Shown: in pieces, positions 1 through 7,117 of the stretch | Numbering within the stretch: position 1 is the stretch's first letter | Layout of the letters: every line of letters begins with the position of its first letter | Origin: a virus | Lineage: Duplodnaviria > Heunggongvirae > Uroviricota > Caudoviricetes | IMG/VR virus record: IMGVR_UViG_2711768056_000002 | Span: 1-9,465 of that record | Length of the DNA stretch: 9,465 bases | Direction: 5' to 3' (one strand) | Translations under genes and position numbers: made by a program | Notes under the pieces: model-generated | What the model saw: the letters and a program-made list of their open reading frames with translations, nothing else | Databases searched by the model: none | What the model was told of the DNA's origin: nothing

Positions 1-15
1 ATTCAGGGGGCCAGT

Positions 16-591
16 CTACTCACGAATGAGTCTCAATGGTATTCCAGCATAAGATGATGATGGTCTTGATAGTTTTTTACCAACTAATGACTTAGTGCCA
101 ATAATACACCCATATGGTATTACAGAACCTTTGTTTATTGTGACACCTTCACCAACCCACACATGGTCTGAGATAACAATATCTTTTGCGTGATTTATCC
201 TCTCTCCACTTTCAATATCAATAATAGGATGTTCATCTGAAGTTCTAATATAAATAGAACTAGAGAACATGCAATCGTCACCAATTGTAATTGATTTACC
301 TTCCATTGCGAAGAAATGCACACCAGCGGTGGTCGTCCCGCTTCCAATAATTAACTTTGAACTGTTTTGCCGAATATCAATACAGCCTCTTATATTGCTC
401 TTTTTTTTAATATGCAAGGTATTATTCTCACCAATGATGTTTATTCTTAAATTTCTAAGAACTACACCTTCATCTATTGTAATTTTATGCCCGCTACCCT
501 GCACATTAACTTTAACACTTTTGTCAATGAGTACTGATGGATGTATATATATTTCATTACCACTTTCAAATTCACTGAATATATTTTCCAT
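16..591 (-). CDS. Hexapeptide-repeat (left-handed beta-helix) sugar O-acetyltransferase, LacA/Maa/NeuO-like; candidate lysogenic-conversion enzyme
   Basis: 191-codon ORF with ATG at 591..589 on the minus strand; stop codon included at 18..16. Translation shows tandem [LIV]-G-x-x-x-x hexapeptide units (IGDDCMF, HVWVGEGVTINKGSVIPYGCIIGTKSLVG) and a C-terminal ...SSYAGIPLRLIRE that resembles the conserved C-terminus of galactoside/maltose O-acetyltransferases. No obvious hydrophobic transmembrane stretch. AT-rich like the adjacent tailspike gene and on the same strand, about 100 nt downstream of it. Confidence 0.75.
   Translation of the reverse strand: MENIFSEFESGNEIYIHPSVLIDKSVKVNVQGSGHKITIDEGVVLRNLRINIIGENNTLHIKKKSNIRGCIDIRQNSSKLIIGSGTTTAGVHFFAMEGKSITIGDDCMFSSSIYIRTSDEHPIIDIESGERINHAKDIVISDHVWVGEGVTINKGSVIPYGCIIGTKSLVGKKLSRPSSSYAGIPLRLIRE
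401..408 (-). repeat. A8 homopolymer tract (T8 on the plus strand) inside the acetyltransferase coding sequence, at codons HIKKKS
   Basis: Plus-strand positions 401-408 read tttttttt, flanked by c and aa. On the coding strand this is cat att aaa aaa aag agc. Confidence 0.9.
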
Positions 592-691
592 AAAAATATT
601 ATCCGCATTACATAAACAGTCATACCAATCGATACAATCTATCTCTGGTAGTATAAACGACCTTCCAATTCCATGGAAGATCCATTACACG

Positions 692-2497
692 TTATAGGTT
701 TTCGAGTTTGTTCAATCTTTGCTCTAACCCCTCTATCCTTGAAAATGCAACATCTATAGCCTTTGTAACAAACGGTATAACCTGTTCGTAGGCAATTGTT
801 TTTACATCGCATCCATTGTTTACTAGATGATCTTGATATATACCACAGTCAATTCCAAGTCGATCAAGTAATTCTTTAACTTGCTGTGCAAGATACCCGG
901 CATGTTCTCTTTTCCTTTTTCTACTGCCATCTTTTTCATGTTGATGAATTCTAGTTTCAAAAATCGGATTGCCATTAGAATCATCACCAATTTTTACATT
1001 GTATTCTTCTATATAATCATCACGAAAATCCCACTTATAAAAATATGGGATTATTCCACGGACGAATGATACAGCAAGTTCTCCGTCTATTATTCGTTTA
1101 TCTGCTTTATCACGCTCATCAGACCGAGTTTGCACCGTACCATATACATAAACTGTCTGAGAAGAATTTCCTAACTGAATCTCATGATCTCCACCAACTC
1201 TGGCACGGTAGCCTAAAGCTACACAATTTAATTTCTCTTTTGCAGGTGTCCCATCAATCAAAAACCTACCAGCTTGATGTCCAAGATATACTAATTGGGT
1301 TCCAGTAGTCTCACTATCTCCTGACGCTGCACCAACAAAAACATTATCACTTCCTGTTGTTAAATTAAAGCCGGAAGCCCTACCAATAAGAACTGAATCG
1401 TTCATTTTTGTTGCTTTATATCCTGCTTGCATCCCACAAAAAACAACACCATTTAATCCATTCTGTGACCATGCAGCTTGATACCCTATAGCAACAATAT
1501 TATTGGGAGATTCCCCATATGAAGACAAACCAAGAGAAGCCTCACGTCCTAGTGCAACGTTTCCAGAACCATCCACATTTCTAAATAAGGCAGAGCGACC
1601 TGCAGCAAGATTATTACCGCCAGTTCCCGTCTCAGCACCAGAGAATGCTCCTATATAGGTATTACCACCACCAGTTGAGTTATTTTGCATTGCTGCTTGA
1701 CCGACAGCAACGTTATCTCTTCCTGTTGTTGTTTGTGACCCAGCATCCGTACCAACTGAAACATTTCTCTCTCCTGATGTTAATAGTTTGCCAGCGTTAT
1801 AACCAACCACTACATTATAACTGCCGGTTTTATAGTTGGCATAAGAAGAACTTTGAGCGTAAATAAAAATATTATAACTACCTGTAGTTAACAGTGCTCC
1901 AGCCTCATGTCCAAGTAGAACATTGCGCTGTCCTGTTGTAAGGCTTGCACCGGCTCGTCTACCAATACCAGTATTTTCCGCACCAACAGCCTCATCTGAC
2001 TCGTTACCTATAATTGATGATCCTGCTCCAACTCCGAAAAAAGCATTATTTTTCGCATATTCATTAGAAGAAAATGCATCAATTCCCCATACCGTATTAC
2101 TTGGGTCAGCATAACCAGGCGAATTTTCACCAGAAAAATTGGTTAATTCCTGCCTTAACTGATCTGGAGCATATTTCATTACATTTGGGAAATAGTGCTG
2201 CTGAGAGCCATACGCATCAAAAATCGCCATTGAGTGATTTTTTATAGTCGCAAACTTACCGAATTGACCATTCAATACAGGTTGTCCAGCTTGACTTATT
2301 TTTATTGGTTGAGAAACCTTAATATATTTTCCATTCTCATTCTCAAAATAAACATCCACTTGATTATCTGGATTAGTCGGATCGGTATCAGGCTTCCCGA
2401 TATAAATGCTTCCATTCGATACTGATTTAAATGTTCTTGACATTGTGAACAATTGATTAGGCATGGAAACTATAATGTTAGGTATAATGTCTGTCAT
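692..2497 (-). CDS. Tailspike / tail fibre protein with P22-type N-terminal head-binding domain, glycine-rich repeat shaft and C-terminal intramolecular chaperone (peptidase S74-like) domain
   Basis: 601-codon ORF, ATG at 2497..2495 preceded by GGAG about 10 nt upstream on the minus strand; stop TAA at 694..692. The N-terminal ~110 aa (MTDIIPNIIVSMPNQLFTMSRTFKSVSNGSIYIGKPDTDPTNPDNQVDVYFENENG...HSMAIFDAYGSQQHYFPNV) closely resemble the P22 tailspike head-binding domain as I recall it. The middle carries degenerate N-[VI]-x-[VIL]-G-x-x-A-G-x-x-x-T-T-G repeats. The C-terminal ~143 aa begin SDERDK and end ...RIEGLEQRLNKLENL, matching the self-cleaving chaperone domains of endosialidase and T5 pb1-type fibres. 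Confidence 0.9.
   Translation of the reverse strand: MTDIIPNIIVSMPNQLFTMSRTFKSVSNGSIYIGKPDTDPTNPDNQVDVYFENENGKYIKVSQPIKISQAGQPVLNGQFGKFATIKNHSMAIFDAYGSQQHYFPNVMKYAPDQLRQELTNFSGENSPGYADPSNTVWGIDAFSSNEYAKNNAFFGVGAGSSIIGNESDEAVGAENTGIGRRAGASLTTGQRNVLLGHEAGALLTTGSYNIFIYAQSSSYANYKTGSYNVVVGYNAGKLLTSGERNVSVGTDAGSQTTTGRDNVAVGQAAMQNNSTGGGNTYIGAFSGAETGTGGNNLAAGRSALFRNVDGSGNVALGREASLGLSSYGESPNNIVAIGYQAAWSQNGLNGVVFCGMQAGYKATKMNDSVLIGRASGFNLTTGSDNVFVGAASGDSETTGTQLVYLGHQAGRFLIDGTPAKEKLNCVALGYRARVGGDHEIQLGNSSQTVYVYGTVQTRSDERDKADKRIIDGELAVSFVRGIIPYFYKWDFRDDYIEEYNVKIGDDSNGNPIFETRIHQHEKDGSRKRKREHAGYLAQQVKELLDRLGIDCGIYQDHLVNNGCDVKTIAYEQVIPFVTKAIDVAFSRIEGLEQRLNKLENL
695..1123 (-). other. Tailspike C-terminal intramolecular chaperone / autoproteolytic domain (peptidase S74-like); predicted self-cleavage immediately before Ser459
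   Basis: Residues 459-601. Ser459 is encoded by the minus-strand codon at 1123..1121, verified as revcomp aga = tct, followed by D-E-R-D-K. The S-D-x-R-x-K start and the helical, Leu-rich C-terminus are characteristic of this domain family. The call is from recalled motifs, not a profile search. Confidence 0.6.
2168..2497 (-). other. Tailspike N-terminal head-binding (particle-attachment) domain, P22 type
   Basis: Residues 1 to about 110 of the tailspike ORF; estimated ~60% identity by eye to the P22 tailspike N-terminus recalled from memory. The domain boundary is approximate. Confidence 0.75.
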
Positions 2498-2661
2498 TTA
2501 ATTTGCTCCAGACGTAGCAATGCCGAACAAGATGCAACTTGCCCTGCATTGCACTAATGTCAGTTATGATTTGTTAATTATGAGATGAGTCTATGCAAAG
2601 AGATCTGTTGAATATTGCGCTCTATATATTTGGTTTTTGCACGTTCCTGGTGTTTGCGAAG
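2498..2661 (-). promoter_or_regulatory. 164-bp spacer between the gp16-like and tailspike genes; contains the tailspike ribosome-binding site and possibly a promoter or attenuating hairpin
   Basis: This is the only non-coding gap longer than 100 bp inside the structural block. GGAG lies upstream of the tailspike ATG. A 7-bp inverted repeat, gcaatgc at 2517-2523 and gcattgc at 2546-2552, flanks a 22-nt spacer. I could not identify a convincing sigma70 -35/-10 pair by eye. Confidence 0.3.
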
Positions 2662-4659
2662 CTATTCTGACAACGCATCAGACTTAGCCCCCTGCGTCAG
2701 AGCGTTAATTGCCTTTTGTGCCTGCTGCATTGCTTTCTCAAAGGCTGTTGATCCGCGTGGGGTATTTGCCATTCGGAGCATTGCATTTCTGAATGGTTCT
2801 CTCTCATAGGCGCGAGTAAGAAGTCCGTAGCTTACTGCTGCGCCAGTTGTCGCCGGGTTCATTGCCGTCCCATACCCGATAATGAACGGGATGGTTTGCT
2901 GCCCTGTTGGTGTTGTTACTGCCGCTTTTGCTGCCTGCTGAGTGGACTGAAGGTAATTTTTCAATCCTTTCAGATAAGCAGCGTCCTGCCCCTTAAATGT
3001 GATGCCAGTCTGGCTTTGCAGGATGTTAAGCTGTCGAAGGAACTGGTCAGGGGATCCACCTGATTTCTCCATCGCCTTTCCAATGATGCCATTGCGCATT
3101 TGCGCCCTGCCAACACGACCAACTGAGTTATACAGCGTCTTAATTTCCGATTTGTTCTTGCTGAATAGCATGTTGTTGACAACTTCCGGCGTCAGATCGC
3201 CTTTCATGAGAACATTCTTCAGCCTGGTATTCTTTAGTTTCGCGGCTTCGTCAGCGTAGACGGCATTGGCCTGCTGATATTTACGGAGAGTATCGTTGCC
3301 AAGATTCTGACCAATGGCACCATTGATATCGTCGGTCATTGCCTTGTAAACGCGCTGAATTGCAGCATCGGAACGGTTTGGTAACACTGGTCGCTCACCC
3401 TTCACGTCCATTCTGAACTGGCTGCGCAGATCGCTTAATTGCTTCAAATCCAGATTTACCGGACCATCAGGACCAGCATTGCGAACAAGCTCATCACGAT
3501 AGGACTGAAGTTTTGAAATAGTCTCGTTATCAGCAACCTTACCAAGCTTCTGCAGGTTAGATATTTCTGTATCAATCTGCTGAATTGCTCTTGCAGGCTG
3601 AATGTTTATTCCCGCCATAGCATTCTGAACCTGCTCCAGTCGATTTCCTGCAGCGCGACGAATTCCTGATGTTTTCGCTTTAAGGCTGTCAATAACAACC
3701 GCTGGATCATACTCACCGAATTTATCAGCAAATCTCTGAACCAACTGGCTTCTCGCTTCCTGTTGCGTTGCTCTCATTCCGCTTGTGCCCGCCAGGGGGA
3801 TATTTTCTGCTGTCGTTTGCGCCATTTTTCCGACGCGGGAAGTAGGCTGTAACAGGTCTGTGGTGTGCAGAGGCACTCCTTCACGCTCTGCAAATCTGAT
3901 AGCTTGCTGCGCTTCTGGCGCAATAGCACCACGAACTCCACGATAAGCAGCACCTAATCCACGTCCGGCAGCGTTAATAGCACCGCCAGCCAGCACACCA
4001 ACGCCCAAATCGGTGGCGAGTGCTTCCGCATCATCTTTCGCACTATTTGCAGCAAGTGATCCAACTGCGTTTTCTGCTAGAAGGCGAGTTGCCCCATGAG
4101 CAATTCGACCAGCAAGTGTTGGTGCCTGTGCTGCCGCTCTCTCAACGCCAGCAGGAGTGAGGTAAGGCAATGCTTCAGCAAATACCCTTCCCTCTGTCGT
4201 TTGTGGAGTCAGCGCGCCTTGCTGAAGGCCAAAGTCCTGCTCTAATCCCTGCGTTGTTACACGTGGCGCTGGTTGATATGTACCATCGCCAATGCCGAGT
4301 TTACCGCCAGCCCAAGCCGCCGCGCTTGTTACAGCATCGGCAACTGATGCAGGTATGTTTGCCACGTTCACGCCAGCCTGCACCAGTCCGCGACCAGTCT
4401 CTTTTACTGCTTCGCCAAGATCAGACATAAATCCACTTTGCTGTGGTTGTTGCTGTGCTACTGGTTGCTGTGTCTCCACTTGCTGCACATATGGCAATGG
4501 ATAGGCAGCATAGAAAGCTTGCTTAGCCTGCTCTGCATTTTCTCCGGCTTGCGGGGCAACGACTTCATTGAAGTATTGCTCCTGAGCCTGCGCTTTTTGT
4601 TCTGGTGCTAACGCCTGATACTGTGGAGAGGCGATAACATCTTTCCATGCTTTAGCCAT
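2662..4659 (-). CDS. Ejection (E) protein, P22 gp16-like
   Basis: 665-codon ORF, ATG at 4659..4657 overlapping the stop of the upstream gene (minus strand reads TAATG), with a GGGGTGA ribosome-binding site. The N-terminus MAKAWKDVIASPQYQALAPEQKAQAQEQYF... matches my recollection of P22 gp16. It sits in the gp16 position, last of the three E proteins before the tailspike. Confidence 0.85.
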   Translation of the reverse strand: MAKAWKDVIASPQYQALAPEQKAQAQEQYFNEVVAPQAGENAEQAKQAFYAAYPLPYVQQVETQQPVAQQQPQQSGFMSDLGEAVKETGRGLVQAGVNVANIPASVADAVTSAAAWAGGKLGIGDGTYQPAPRVTTQGLEQDFGLQQGALTPQTTEGRVFAEALPYLTPAGVERAAAQAPTLAGRIAHGATRLLAENAVGSLAANSAKDDAEALATDLGVGVLAGGAINAAGRGLGAAYRGVRGAIAPEAQQAIRFAEREGVPLHTTDLLQPTSRVGKMAQTTAENIPLAGTSGMRATQQEARSQLVQRFADKFGEYDPAVVIDSLKAKTSGIRRAAGNRLEQVQNAMAGINIQPARAIQQIDTEISNLQKLGKVADNETISKLQSYRDELVRNAGPDGPVNLDLKQLSDLRSQFRMDVKGERPVLPNRSDAAIQRVYKAMTDDINGAIGQNLGNDTLRKYQQANAVYADEAAKLKNTRLKNVLMKGDLTPEVVNNMLFSKNKSEIKTLYNSVGRVGRAQMRNGIIGKAMEKSGGSPDQFLRQLNILQSQTGITFKGQDAAYLKGLKNYLQSTQQAAKAAVTTPTGQQTIPFIIGYGTAMNPATTGAAVSYGLLTRAYEREPFRNAMLRMANTPRGSTAFEKAMQQAQKAINALTQGAKSDALSE

Positions 4660-5954
4660 TAATCACCCCATAGTGAAGAAAAGTTACTGCCAGTAGTAGA
4701 TTGTTGCCCTGGCGTATTCTGTACTGGCTCCTGATAATCAAACTGTTTTTTAACAGTGCTCAACTTGCTTTCAAGCTGATTTCGAATCTTTCCGATAGAG
4801 TCACGAAAAGCCTTTTCACTCATTTTGGGACTTAGAGCACCAACCGCATCAGATAATTTTTTACCCTCAGCATCTGAAAGAGCCCCCATCCCCTTCAGGG
4901 ACTGCACCATAGGGAGGAAAGTTTGAGCTTTAAAGGTGTCGAGTCTTGCTTCAAAGTTAGCCGCATCAGAGCCAGGAACTGTCGGAAACGCTGAGCGAAT
5001 TCCTACTGCTTTTGAAAGGCCGGGGCTTTGCTCTATCTCGTTGAGAGAATCAAGCGCGGTGCTGAACGTATCAACTGCACCCTGAGCGGCGGCCTGCCTG
5101 TCAGCGCGGGCTATGTCAGCCTTTTGCCGAACATCTGCCTGTTTCTGTTTTAGCTCTTCGAGCTTTAACTGATTGCTTTCTCTGGCTATCTGTCTGTCCA
5201 GAGCCTTTTCTTGTAATTCTGCTCTTTGTATTTCTCGGGAAAGAGCAGCATTCTGTGCGCTGATGTTCTGTCCACGTATCTGGATGTCCTGACCTCGAGC
5301 TGTTAGTGCTTCTCCTGCCTGATTGCTGCGGATTGTCTCTGCCAGCCTGTCTCGGTCAATCTCACGACCAGCCATCTTGTCCTGAACATTGAAGTAATCA
5401 ATCGGACCAAGCGCAGCCATCCCAAGGTGATCAACAAACTCACCAAATCCTGAAGGATTCTGCTGATACATCTGAGCAACGTTGTTAGGGTCAACACCGA
5501 CGCGATTCAGTTCCTTGGCGTTGTTTTGCAGCCATGATTGCATTGCTTCTGGAGACGAGGCAGCAAGGCGTGCGCCAGCCGCTAAGGTGCCGATAGAATT
5601 GCGCTGGTCTTCATCAATGAACCCCATGCCTTTACGAATAGATTCAATCTGGTCTGGATATTGAGTAGCCAACTGACGCAAAGCTCCGCGATCACCAGAC
5701 GCATAAGCATTAGCGTATGCCTGCTGAAATTCTTTCTGCCGCTGAGCCTGCTTTTCCTGATGAAAAACACCCGCAATACCTGAAAGACCTTGCAAAGCAG
5801 TCAGCCCAACATTGTTAGCACCTGAACGCTCAATATCATTGTTCTGCCTGATAAGCTGAAGCGTATTGCCGATGTCATTTACGTTCGGAGCGTTTGAGTT
5901 GACACCACCGATACCAGCCAACAATCCGCCATTTGTTCCTTGCCAAGTAGCCAT
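4659..5954 (-). CDS. Ejection (E) protein, P22 gp20-like
   Basis: 431-codon ORF, ATG at 5954..5952 preceded by AAGGGG on the minus strand; stop TAA at 4661..4659. N-terminus MATWQGTNGGLLAGIGGVNSNAPNVND...; central Gln/Arg/Glu-rich predicted coiled coil. Position between the gp7-like and gp16-like genes. Confidence 0.8.
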   Translation of the reverse strand: MATWQGTNGGLLAGIGGVNSNAPNVNDIGNTLQLIRQNNDIERSGANNVGLTALQGLSGIAGVFHQEKQAQRQKEFQQAYANAYASGDRGALRQLATQYPDQIESIRKGMGFIDEDQRNSIGTLAAGARLAASSPEAMQSWLQNNAKELNRVGVDPNNVAQMYQQNPSGFGEFVDHLGMAALGPIDYFNVQDKMAGREIDRDRLAETIRSNQAGEALTARGQDIQIRGQNISAQNAALSREIQRAELQEKALDRQIARESNQLKLEELKQKQADVRQKADIARADRQAAAQGAVDTFSTALDSLNEIEQSPGLSKAVGIRSAFPTVPGSDAANFEARLDTFKAQTFLPMVQSLKGMGALSDAEGKKLSDAVGALSPKMSEKAFRDSIGKIRNQLESKLSTVKKQFDYQEPVQNTPGQQSTTGSNFSSLWGD

Positions 5955-5963
5955 GATTACCCC

Positions 5964-6659
5964 TTAAAACAACGATCCAAGCAGGCCAAGTCCGCCGCCA
6001 ATTGCCGCACCTAATCCAGTGCCAAGTCCTGGAACAATAGAGCCAAGAGCAGCGCCAGTCATAGCCCCTGAAGCTCCGCCACTAATTGCTGTCTGAAGAC
6101 CTGATGGTTTATTGGCATTAGCAGCGGCAAGAGCCGCACTTTGCTGCGAAATCTGACTCATGTTGTTGGCATATGTCTGCCCGGCGTTTGCCTGACCTTG
6201 CAGTGCGCCAAGACCAATATTTGCCAGATTCTGGTAGTTGTTCATCTGACCAGACAGCCACTGCTGACCAAGCGTTGGTGCGATTGTTGCTAACTGATTA
6301 CCGGTTGCAGTGGAACCCAATCCACCTGTTGCTTCCGCTGCCGCCAGACTCTGATAGCGAGCCTGACCAGCAAGATCTTTGTACTGCTGAGAGTTGTAAT
6401 ACTGGTTAAGTGCCTGACCTTGCCCCTGAAGAGAGGAAAGATTCTGCAATTGTGATACGTACTGCTGAGCGAGTGGCGTGAACGGAGCAAGGTTTTTCAT
6501 GATCGTCTGCCACTGCTGATTCTGCAGGTCTGCGGCATACTTCTGAGCTTCTGCGGCATACTTTGCGCTTTTATCAGAACTGCCACCTTTCCCACCCTTT
6601 TCAGGGCAATAAGGTTCCTCGCCGCGCAGTTTTCTGCCCAGCTTAAATGCATATAACAT
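5964..6659 (-). CDS. Ejection (E) protein, P22 gp7-like
   Basis: 231-codon ORF, ATG at 6659..6657 preceded by GGGAG; stop TAA at 5966..5964. N-terminus MLYAFKLGRKLRGEEPYCPEKGGKGGSSDKS...; Gln/Asn-rich middle; Gly/Ala/Leu-rich hydrophobic C-terminus. Size close to the 229 aa I recall for P22 gp7. Confidence 0.8.
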   Translation of the reverse strand: MLYAFKLGRKLRGEEPYCPEKGGKGGSSDKSAKYAAEAQKYAADLQNQQWQTIMKNLAPFTPLAQQYVSQLQNLSSLQGQGQALNQYYNSQQYKDLAGQARYQSLAAAEATGGLGSTATGNQLATIAPTLGQQWLSGQMNNYQNLANIGLGALQGQANAGQTYANNMSQISQQSAALAAANANKPSGLQTAISGGASGAMTGAALGSIVPGLGTGLGAAIGGGLGLLGSLF

Positions 6660-6661
6660 GG

Positions 6662-7117
6662 CTATCTCCCGTGATTCAGGAAGTCGATTAGTTCTTCGCG
6701 TGTGGCGCTGTAAAACGTCACGTCATCCACGCCTTTGAAGTATTTTTTGATGGTTCCTACACGATTAAGGCCAATCATTGCGCAGTACATCTGACCGTGG
6801 CGGAATTTGCGTGCAGCGAACGATGTGACGCACTGAACGGTGGTGTTAGTCAGAATGTATCGCCAGAAAGCCAGCCCGATTTCCTTGCTGAATCCGCGAA
6901 TCTCTGGCAGGTACATGGCGTGGCAATCAAAGGTCAGCGGCTGAATCTCCTGATAGTAAACAATTCCGCCGAACTGCCCGTGCACGTTCACCTCAAAGTA
7001 ACGGCATTCAGGCTTGTAGTCGTATCCATCGCCGTTGTTGCTCCCGGCGATAATGTCAGGGTGATTTCCTACTGCTTCGATCAGGTCGATGTTTCGCGTT
7101 GGTTTGAAATGAATCAT
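6662..7117 (-). CDS. P22 gp14-like small late protein (function not well defined)
   Basis: ORF in the gp14 position between the needle and gp7 genes. I place the start at the ATG at 7117..7115, which overlaps the needle stop (minus strand reads TGATG). The ORF track extends one codon further, to a GTG at 7120..7118. Stop TAG at 6664..6662. Assigned mainly by synteny and size. Confidence 0.6.
   Translation of the reverse strand: MIHFKPTRNIDLIEAVGNHPDIIAGSNNGDGYDYKPECRYFEVNVHGQFGGIVYYQEIQPLTFDCHAMYLPEIRGFSKEIGLAFWRYILTNTTVQCVTSFAARKFRHGQMYCAMIGLNRVGTIKKYFKGVDDVTFYSATREELIDFLNHGR

Noticed and set aside
592-691. Independent sigma70 promoter for the acetyltransferase in the 100-bp gap after the tailspike
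   Set aside because: Only weak hexamer matches by eye (for example TTGTAT ... TATGTA or TGTAAT on the minus strand with 17-19 nt spacing). AT-rich DNA gives many such matches by chance, so no promoter is called.
269-697. 142-aa plus-strand ORF antisense to the acetyltransferase gene
   Set aside because: Lies entirely opposite a well-supported minus-strand gene in AT-rich DNA. Its translation is low-complexity (Leu/Ile/Ser/Pro-rich) with no recognisable family features or ribosome-binding site. Typical antisense artefact.
881-2425. Several 60-90-aa plus-strand ORFs (881..1069, 1045..1308, 1645..1866, 1923..2114, 2234..2425) inside the tailspike gene
   Set aside because: Short, antisense to the tailspike, and rich in residues expected from reverse-reading an AT-rich gene. 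Not credible genes.
692-2497. Calling the tailspike an endosialidase or other specific depolymerase by analogy with CUS-3
   Set aside because: The C-terminal chaperone-like domain and neighbouring acetyltransferase recall the CUS-3 arrangement, but the protein is only 601 aa and its central region is a glycine-rich repeat, not a recognisable catalytic domain. Receptor and activity remain unassigned.
2498-2661. A hidden small gene, toxin-antitoxin pair or defence gene in the gp16-tailspike gap where P22 carries sieA/immI
   Set aside because: The gap is only 164 bp and contains no ORF on either strand long enough to encode even a small protein with a start and ribosome-binding site. Treated as a regulatory spacer only.
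2970-3182. 70-aa minus-strand ORF in an alternative frame inside the gp16-like gene
   Set aside because: Fully contained within the 665-codon gp16-like ORF on the same strand in a different frame; no start context. Frame artefact.
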